A DNA stretch of 64,000 nt from Laetmonice hystrix (Eukaryota). Shown here in pieces: positions 55,480 to 64,000 of the stretch (the first letter of the stretch is position 1; each line of letters begins with the position of its first letter). Location: contig OZ249440.1 of the NCBI GenBank assembly GCA_965235115.1, forward strand, positions 18,352,001 through 18,416,000, read 5' to 3'. The notes beneath the pieces are model-generated. The model searched no databases. It was not told where the DNA came from and saw nothing but the letters and a program-made list of their open reading frames with translations. A program made the translations under genes and the position numbers.

Positions 55480-56310
55480 GGGATCCAGGCATCCATGGTT
55501 TCCAAGACAGGCACTAAAAGTAAAACGCTCCTTTTTTTTCTAAGTAGGCTAGTAAATAAAGAGGAAGACGCCCAGTTTAGGCCAAGGATCCAGGCATCCA
55601 TGGTTGACAGTTAGAAAAGGCACTATAGGCCTAGGCCTAGGCCTACCTAAAACAGGTTTCGACGGGAGAAATTTCTAGGCTACTCTACAAAACTACAAGT
55701 CTACATGCAGTAGTGTAGGAAGGAAAAAAATATTTGGGGGGGGGGGGGGGGCAGAAGTGAAGTCATAATGACTTACGCCTATGCTTTTGCATTGAGCCAT
55801 GTGGTCATTTTATAAATATTGGGGGGGCAGTAGCCCCCTCTGCCCCCAGCTTCCTACGCCCCTGAGTCATGTTCAGAAAACACGTCTCCGACGTTCCTGA
55901 AAAAGGTCCCCAGGCCCCCCGAAAATGCGCCACGAAAAGGTGCCCCCCCCCCTCCCCTTTCTGAAATCCTGGATCCGCCACTGTCTATGGTTGTCAGGGG
56001 AGGCGGTGAAACTCTGATTTCATTTTCTCCAAGACGCCCATTGTAAGCCTGGTATCCAGGCATCCACATGGTTGTCGGGGGAGGCACTGAAGCTGATTTC
56101 ATTTTCTCGAAGACGCCCATTGAAGGCCTGTGATCCAGGCATCCATGGTTACCAGGGGATGCACTGAAACTGAATTCATTTTCTCCAAGACGCCCATTGT
56201 AAGCCTGGTATCCAGGCATCCATGGTTACCAGGGGAGGCACTGAAACTGATTTCATTTTCTCCAAGACGCCCATTGTACGCCTGTGATCCAGGCATCCAT
56301 GGTTGCCAGG
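55480..56310. repeat. Degenerate ~78-bp repeat (core gatccaggcatccatggtt), interrupted by poly-G/C MITE fragments
   Basis: Core at ~55480, ~55587, ~56052, ~56131, ~56210, ~56286; the last four are spaced ~78-79 bp. Confidence 0.8.
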
Positions 56311-59300
56311 GGAGAATCTACTTATGGAACGCACGTAAACCTGCGTTCCTTATAAACCAAGCCAGTTGATTATTATCTCAATCTGCAAAATGGTTCGTGC
56401 CTGAAAAAAGGGACGGGGGTGGGGAGCGCCGCACGAAGAGACCATATGGTATGTTAATTATTACATACTACATTAATTGGGCAGAGCAACACTTAACCTT
56501 ATCATTATAGGTGCCCCAGTTGTCTGGCTTTCTGGTTGTTTGAGTGTTGACTGTAGACCGGCCAGATTTATGCATGCACCTTGTAGCTAACCCAGGAATT
56601 TTTTGATCTGTATAAGCCCGAATGGACAGAGGCTCTGAGGGTAAGGCAAGGCACGTCGAGAGACAGCCATACCTTTAGTGTCGGAGGTCTATCTTTTATA
56701 ATGTATCGCATACTATGTTCATAGCCTGAGCCCTGGTGGAATTGTTGATTGATACTACTGAAATGTTGAGACCATACATGCAGGAAGATTTTTGGCGTGA
56801 TGGAGGGTCAGGTCGGATCGCAATAAGGGGATTTCTCAGCCCCGTCGGTTCGCCTGATGTTGCTGATATAGGCCTATACTAGAAGGCCTACTCCGTGTAC
56901 ATACCTGCCATAACAACCAAAAACTGTGGTTGCCCGCGGTATACCGGTAACCCAGGGTTCTGGCCACTCGTAGTGAAAAAAACACACACTCATTAAATAC
57001 CAGTAAGTAAGGTTAGAAAACCTACAGTAGACCTAGCATATTTAGATTGAAGGCGAAGTATACTTTGATTTCCCGCGACAGTCCCTGGAAGCCTTTGGAA
57101 GAAGGCCAAATATAAATAGTGGCTCCTGTTTTGCCCCAGTACGATAGGAAGCGCGGGAAGATAATCCCGCCTATATCGTGTAAACAATGAAAAACTGCAC
57201 TCAGACCATAAGCGGGAAATATAGGCGGGCAAAATCGTTGACGCAATAAAAGGACACGTATAACATATTGGCGGGAACGACATCAAGTGCTCGTTTTGAG
57301 CTGACTTGTTGGTAGAAGCTCCAGACGTGAAAGGCAAGGCATGGCAGGCCCATCAGTCCAGGCACAGTCTGATCTTTTGATAACAGGTATCATTATAGTT
57401 TGGACCTAGCCCGTGTAGACAAGGTGACCGTTAGAGCGATATATCTGCGATGCATTCTTCTCAGGCGAGCACTGATATGCAAAGCAGTTTCTTGTCAGCA
57501 ACAATAGAGAAAAGCATCCGCCAGACAAGGAGAGATATTGAGGAGGGTTGGAGTCGGGGCACGGGACGGTGAGCTTTCATCACGTGAACTGACTGCTGGC
57601 CTGGACGTTCAACACAAAGCATTCTTGCTGATATCTTTCTGCGAGCCGGTCTTTCCCAGGCGGGCAGTTTGCGCGTTACATATGCCCCTTGAACTCGCCG
57701 GCACCGAGGCGGCATACCTGACTTGACGACAGCGTGGCCATATGGTCCCCCCGCCCGTGTTCTCACACATACCAACCATCGCCTTGCGCTCAAACAGCGT
57801 AGCAGGAGATGATTGTATCTCGCCACCCTTCTTTCTCCTCAAAGTATGTAAGCACTTGAAGTCGTCAGGCGTCGACGACAATCAATTCTGGCCGGCGTTT
57901 GTCAACGCTGACAACTCGTCCTGACTTATTTGCTCACTGATGTGCCAAATGTGAGCGCTGCAGTGGGCTAGAGATGGGCAGTCAATGTGGGCGGGGATGT
58001 GCCGGACTTGGCCCGTGTCTGCCACCGTCAATAGCTTTTAAAGAAGTCCCCTATGAATCGATGATTGAAAGGGATCGGGATTTGATGTACTATCTACAAA
58101 CCACACATCGATCAATGGGAATAGCAGGGGAAACATAAGGCGTAAACGACGCACCCTTCCATCATTGAGGACCAAAGGTCGCGGGGGGTTATAAAGTGCA
58201 TCGCTGGACTTCAAAAGTAACACAATTTAAAAACAGAGAGAGAACTTTTGTAGGTCTACATTATTCTTGCATTTTACACAGAGGAATGCAAATTGTACCC
58301 ATATGTTGGTATTTCTTGTAATTCATAATGTGCAATTATCGCCTGAAAGCTATACGTGTATATAAATTGCTGGTATAGAAATGCGATATATAGTCAGGAC
58401 TCTTCCAACTCAGAGAGCCCCCATAGTGGGTGATGTTAGCGTAGTTTTCATTACATTAGTGTATAATATTAAGATTGCATAGATTCCATATACCAGAGAA
58501 CTATTTCACGCATGCCAACGTGTGAAAAGTTTGGTAAATGTACGATAAATGTTGCAGGGTCAACTGAAATCTGAATAGATATACGAAAGCATGACCACAG
58601 GAAGGTGGTTGATATCACATTAATGAACAGATGCGTGCTCTAAAACCTCACTGGAATTTAAACTTGCCGTCCCTTGCGTGCTTTATTGAAAAGGTTTTTA
58701 TTGCATGCATGATATGGCGGGACAGTTCGGTATTCGGTAGATATACTCAAGTATGCCGGTTTATTAACGGGCAGACCTTCCCGCTTCTCAATCCCTGGTT
58801 TATTTGTAGAGTTTTTAAAAAATTGTTGGTTTGTTTACATGGACAACCTTGCCTTCGTCACCACACAAGCACACTGTCAGGCTCACCCCTCCATACATCT
58901 GTGCATGGATATATAGAGCCATGGCTTTTTGTTGGCGCCAAAATTTATATAGTCTGCATTTTCATTGAATCCCCTCATGGCGACCCATCGGCCCATGGCA
59001 CTGAGGTTTACATTTTGTGACCGTGCACCTGTTTTTGGACTTACATTATGTACGGGATATTTACGGGATATTTATGGGTATGTTTTTTTAAGGATGGAGT
59101 AATAGGACACCTAAATGAGGACTCATGGTCGACAGTTGAACATATACCATGGCCACAGAGGCATGCAGGACAGACGAGACGCTGTTAACCTGGGCGGCTT
59201 TCTCAGAACGACACCGAACATTTAGAATTTGGGGCTCGCACGTATTATTTGGACGGTGTGTTATATTGAGAGTTTTCGTTAGAAGCTTTCAACGTTCTGT

Positions 59301-59674
59301 TTGTGATTTGTTGGTTACGAATAGAATTAATCGTGGTGTGTTTATAAAACACAAATTATCTGCTTGAATGAAAGATAGGACCGAGATAACAGGTTGGAGA
59401 CATGCCCCTACCACTGTATTTTTTGTGGCAAATTCGTCCAAGGTGGCTCTCGACCAACACAAGTATGGTAATTGGGAGCAGGTTGCGAGACTCCGTCTAT
59501 TTGTGACAACACGACCGTTATAGACAAAACCGCCATTCTCGGTGGCGGTAGATGGGTGGATTCGGAGTCGAACAATATTAGTTCATGGTTCAAAAACTAG
59601 GTGTCGCTCCAGTATGTTCTTAGATCCAAAATGGGATTGTGAAGGAGAAGGGCGGTCGGTCTTCGCCTCTGGGG

Positions 59675-60027
59675 GGTATTCCCCCATGATAACTTTCCCA
59701 CAAAATTTTTGGGCATGGGTTAAGGTCAGGGATAGGGATAGGATAAGGATATGTTTTTCGGAGGTGGGTGGACTGAGTTAGGCAGTAGCGTACCCAGGGG
59801 CGTGCTTGGGGTGCTCAAGCACTCCCCTCAATTTGCCAATTTTTGTTTGTTTGTTTTTTGGTGCGCTTGTTGCCATTTTGCAGCGCCTACGACGTTGGTT
59901 ATTTCCAGCACCCCCTTGATCCAGTTTCTGGTTACGCCACTGTTAGGGGTTAGGGATAAGGTCAGAGCTATGGATATTTACTTTCGACCAAATTTCTTGG
60001 GGGTTAAGTTATCATGGGCGATGTACC
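59675..60027. mobile_element. MITE with 9-bp TSD (Mutator-like) and internal GGGTTA-like repeats
   Basis: TSD CCTCTGGGG at 59666-59674 and 60028-60036; TIR ggtattcccccatgataactt vs reverse complement ggtacatcgcccatgataactt. Confidence 0.8.
59783..59942. mobile_element. 160-bp MITE with CAG...CTG termini and 5-bp TSD (TTAGG), nested in the 9-bp-TSD element
   Basis: cagtagcgtacccag ... ctggttacgccactg; TTAGG at 59778-59782 and 59943-59947. Confidence 0.8.
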
Positions 60028-63000
60028 CCTCTGGGGCATGGCCATTACCGTGCTTTATAAAATTAGAAAATATAATACTATGTATTTAAATGAACCCATC
60101 TTTTTAAGTGCAGTTTTACATTTAAATTAAGATAACGTGGATGCGGGATATAATCCAAGAATAACAGAAAAGGTAGAAGTAGCTATATATTATGAAGATT
60201 ATACAGAAACGAGAGAGTATGGGTCAGTAAAGCACAGATATGGAAAAAATAGGGAAGGGAGGAAAACAGGCGCGATAACCCCGTACCCCCCCCCCCTTCC
60301 TAAAAGGCCCCGAAACGATACAGATTGGAAAATTAAAAAATTTAGGTTGGACAATTTTTGTTTCACGCCGACCTTGAGGTGCTGAGATGTGTTAATTCTC
60401 AACTTTTTTTCTCGATATTCAAAGAAACTTACTCATTTTTTTCGAATGTGGGTACAGAGTGCAAAGGGCGCTGCATGGGCTTTTTTCGCTTTTTTTTGGT
60501 CAAGAATTCAGTTCCTTATCAGAAAAAAAGACATTTCGCGCGTCGGCGCCCTTTCCAAATATCTGCTTATTGAAAAGCAAGGTATAAAATCTTGATTATA
60601 GTCGGTATGAGTAAACTATGAACTATGTGATTACCAAAACATTCCGAATATTTGTCGCTATCGAATAAAGGGCCACGTGTGACGACATAAGGTGTCTATT
60701 TTCCCAATGACTTGCCCTTAGTGGAAAAAAGGCAATAAATGGGGTGTCATATTCAGGTACCCGCAGAGAGTTATTCTTTAGACATGTCGTGTCGAGTTTT
60801 CCAGGATTATTATTCACGTCACGGCTGTCGACTTCTTATGAATAAGAGTGGTTTGTGGTTTTTGCTATAATTTGGCGGGCTTTCTCCAGTCAGATACGGC
60901 AGGTGTCGGGAACACGACTTGGCAGAATTAAATCGATAGATTTATATGTACTCTGTGCCCCTATATGTATATACCCGCCCGTGAGATCCGGAGACTCTTC
61001 ACGCCTATGTGTTTCAGGGATAGGTCCACCAACTGACTGGAGATCCAGATAGCTGAAAAATAATGGCGACAAATTTGTCCATTTTCCGAGTAGCTTCTTG
61101 CTTAGCCGTGACGAGCCTAATTTGTGTTATTACCACATGGTTGCCTTCTATTCATCGTCGGACTATATTGGACAATTTAGACATGATCAAATACACACAG
61201 AGAATGACACGGTCAACTTTAAAAGTCCTCCATGTCAGAGGATGTTCTTTTCGTTGCACTTCCATGCACTGACTGAGATAGGGTGCATGGATAGGGCACC
61301 CTGGGGACGAGCCGAGTCGGCTGTCTTTATTCTCCACCTGGTTATGGCATAATCACGAGCACCGTGTGTCTGTACACCCCCTCCATGTCACCCACCCACC
61401 CACCTCCACCCTACCGCCGTCCTCCTCAACCTATAGCCAACAACGACCTGTCTGCCACCTCGTCCTCTCAACCACTCGTGGGCGGAGCTCGGCCTTGACG
61501 TTTGGCGGCAGACGACACCGTCCCAGGGTCCAAGTACAGGTGCTGCCACCTACATCTAAACATTCAATCGGCAATCTTTTATGTTGCAGCCAATGTGATG
61601 ACAGACATTTGCACAAGACGAGCGCGTTGGGCAAATCGAATAAGGTTGGTGCACAGACTTCCTGTTTGAATTCCATGCAGTTTCCGTCTGGCTTTGAATT
61701 TGAATAATGTTATTTCCTATGCGAAACACAATGTCAACTTTGAAATTACGATGGCTGTGAACGTGAAAAAGTCGGTGGGGATGAGCTGCAAATCTAAAAC
61801 GACAACCAAGGTACTTTCTTAGGATCATCCTACACTTATAGTCAATGGCAGTCGGTTTGTGTTATAATACTAACCAAATGATCGAATCCGATAATTGTTT
61901 GTTAATCGTTTGATTACGATGATCTATTGGCCTGCATGCGTCCATCGGTAGAGACTTGGTGTCTGCTACCATTCTTTACCTGTCGATAGATCAGCCGACT
62001 GCCATGTCTATAATCTGAATATGTGATGTCATCACAGAAAGCATGGAACCATAACGAATTTCACTACATGCACGTAGTCATACGTAACGTAGGGCGTTCT
62101 ATGTATACTAACGCTGCACTAGTATAGGTGTGCGCACACGGAGACAGGTATGTCAAATGTTACACTCATTCAATCATACAGACATACATTATGTACTTGT
62201 GTATGTGCATGCACAGGATGGGATTTCTGGATTCAACACGTACACAGCGTAGGCCTATACATAGAGTCTACACCTGCTATACACATAGACCTATACAGAA
62301 ACCTATCCTCATAATGCACCACGACACCCAGACACTGGGCCACCCACCAGCAGCGCCACCTGTTGTCGATTGCGTACATTGACACTTACCTATCAGTGAT
62401 TATTCAAACCTTAACGGATTCCTCGACTATTCTCAGAGGTGGCCAACAGTGCCCCTCCCCTCCCGAGGTTAAGGACTCTCAAATACTCAAAGTCAACATT
62501 GCCCTGCACTTTTTACGTCACCAGTACCTCTATCAAAAGTGCAGCCATATTTTGCGAGGACAGAAAAAAGAGCTTATCAGTTTCTAACGGAATCGTACGA
62601 TAGTAGTGCTGTCATTTGGAGATAAGCCTTTCTGTAGAGGAAGCTACCGACCAAATTCAAGAAAATACTACTTCCAACCAATGACCACCTATTCAACTTT
62701 TCCAGCCCATGCTCGCCTTTGTCATTTCTTTTCCTTTTTTTACTTTAAAGACCCCAAAAGTTAAAAATTCAAATTCAAATATGTCATAGAAGATTGAAAG
62801 GAAGTCATAAAAAGAGAAATACATGTATTTGGTGGTTGATTGCGTTTCGAGTAGGCCTCCTACAAGTCGCAAGGGACTATAGTCGATGGTGACCTTGATC
62901 TTAAAAGATTAACCTTGATTGTTTGATATTTATAATTCTTTTTTGATCACTAAGCCTTTCAAATAGTATTCATTTTCCATTTCGCCTGCGCATAAAGAAT

Positions 63001-63201
63001 TCCGCGATAAAACTATATTTCCCATTCTGTTCCAGGCAGAGTGGATACCATACCAAATGAACAAATAAAGAAAATGGATGGACGCGGGATTTTAGCATTT
63101 TAAGGAAGCATTAACAATTCAAGGGCAGAGATAACGTCGAGCACACAGGGAACGGATTACCACTCCCCAAACGGCAAGCACAGCACGAGCATTTAAACCG
63201 G

Positions 63202-63753
63202 GTCACGTGACTTAGGTAAGGCACCACGTATGTAAGTAAACAGGTAGGTGGCGGGGTGGGTGGCGGTCGGGGTGGTGCAGCCGAGCGAGACGGGGTGAGC
63301 TGAGAGAGAGAGCCCGCTGTCCCTTCTACCACAGCCTGGACGCCCCAGATAGCGTTAGCTCGGGCAAGGGGTAGGTTATCTTTAACGACACCTGTACGGG
63401 TCGTAGCGAGGCAGGCAGGCAGGTAGACGCACTGACACACGACCGCATGCCATCATACCAGCCAGGATTGATATCGCCACGCACGCTATCGAGCACGTCC
63501 GAGATTCCACACTGTCATACGAAAAAAAACCCTCAGTCCTACCTAGGAGGATCTACGTCATCACCCAGAACAGATAGGTCAATCATTCTGTGGTGCCAGC
63601 TACGCCAACTTACATACTTTGTGATGAATGATGCGACAAGACACTGCCCCTGAGTAACACCTGACTCAGTTTGGAGTATAACCCACTGTGTGACATACAT
63701 CAAACGATTTCTTCACCTCAATCTATCTACCCTGGCTTCTCTGCTAAGGAAAG
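63202..63753 (+). promoter_or_regulatory. Putative promoter and first (probably non-coding) exon of a gene continuing beyond the window
   Basis: Perfect palindrome GTCACGTGAC (E-box/CLEAR) at 63202-63211, GC-rich tract, strong donor GAAAG|gtaagt at 63753. Confidence 0.45.
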
Positions 63754-64000
63754 GTAAGTTGCCATCTACAGGTTAAGGAAACTGAAATAATTATGTTGAT
63801 GTTCTAGTTTACACCGATTGCTATGCCCCATGTGGAACGTGGAGGGCGATAAAATACACCTCTTTCAGCCCCTGATGTTTGTAGCACGGGGGTGTTCAGT
63901 GTGACTTGACATCTAGGGCAGGGTAGACTTTCTACGACGCTGCATACCTCAAGGCAAGGGGGCATGAAGGCGAGGCGACCGGGAAAAAGGTGAATGCGTG

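Noticed and set aside
59718-59965. Telomere or chromosome end (GGGTTA-like repeats)
   Set aside because: Only a few degenerate units, internal to a TIR/TSD-bounded MITE.
60300-62900. Possible Kolobok/THAP-type transposon (AT-rich termini-like segments, Cys/His-containing ORFs 61366-61828)
   Set aside because: No matching TIR pair or TSD could be found and no ORF had a motif I could name with confidence; needs a Dfam/BLASTX search.

Overview
AT-rich, intron-rich eukaryotic genomic DNA from an invertebrate animal (GT-AG introns, a chitin-binding domain; taxon not determinable), with one assembly gap. Five protein-coding genes can be built by hand from splice sites and reading phase. (1) A minus-strand heme-peroxidase gene that runs off the left edge. 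Its exons join in phase into signal/anchor + peritrophin-A chitin-binding domain + one 5,031-nt exon encoding ~1,680 aa of Cys-free, Tyr/His/Ser/Gly-rich, furin-site-bearing sequence + animal peroxidase domain. (2) MRPL35 (-), head-to-head with (3) IMMT/MIC60 (+), the same arrangement as in human. (4) A secreted precursor (-) with a single coding exon and 15 KR-flanked 16-17-aa peptides, 13 of which would start with an Xaa-Xaa-His (ATCUN Cu/Ni-binding) motif once cleaved. (5) AP5B1 (+, 22 exons). There is also an intron-containing tRNA-Arg(CCT), several non-autonomous DNA transposons/MITEs with recognisable TIRs and TSDs, and many tandem arrays. Several arrays are serial copies of peroxidase exon ends with their 5' splice sites. 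The two strongest candidates for an undescribed system are the latent-ATCUN peptide polyprotein (38215-39186) and the chitin-anchored giant peroxidase polyprotein (1251-12496). All gene models are manual and all function statements are inference; no database search was run.
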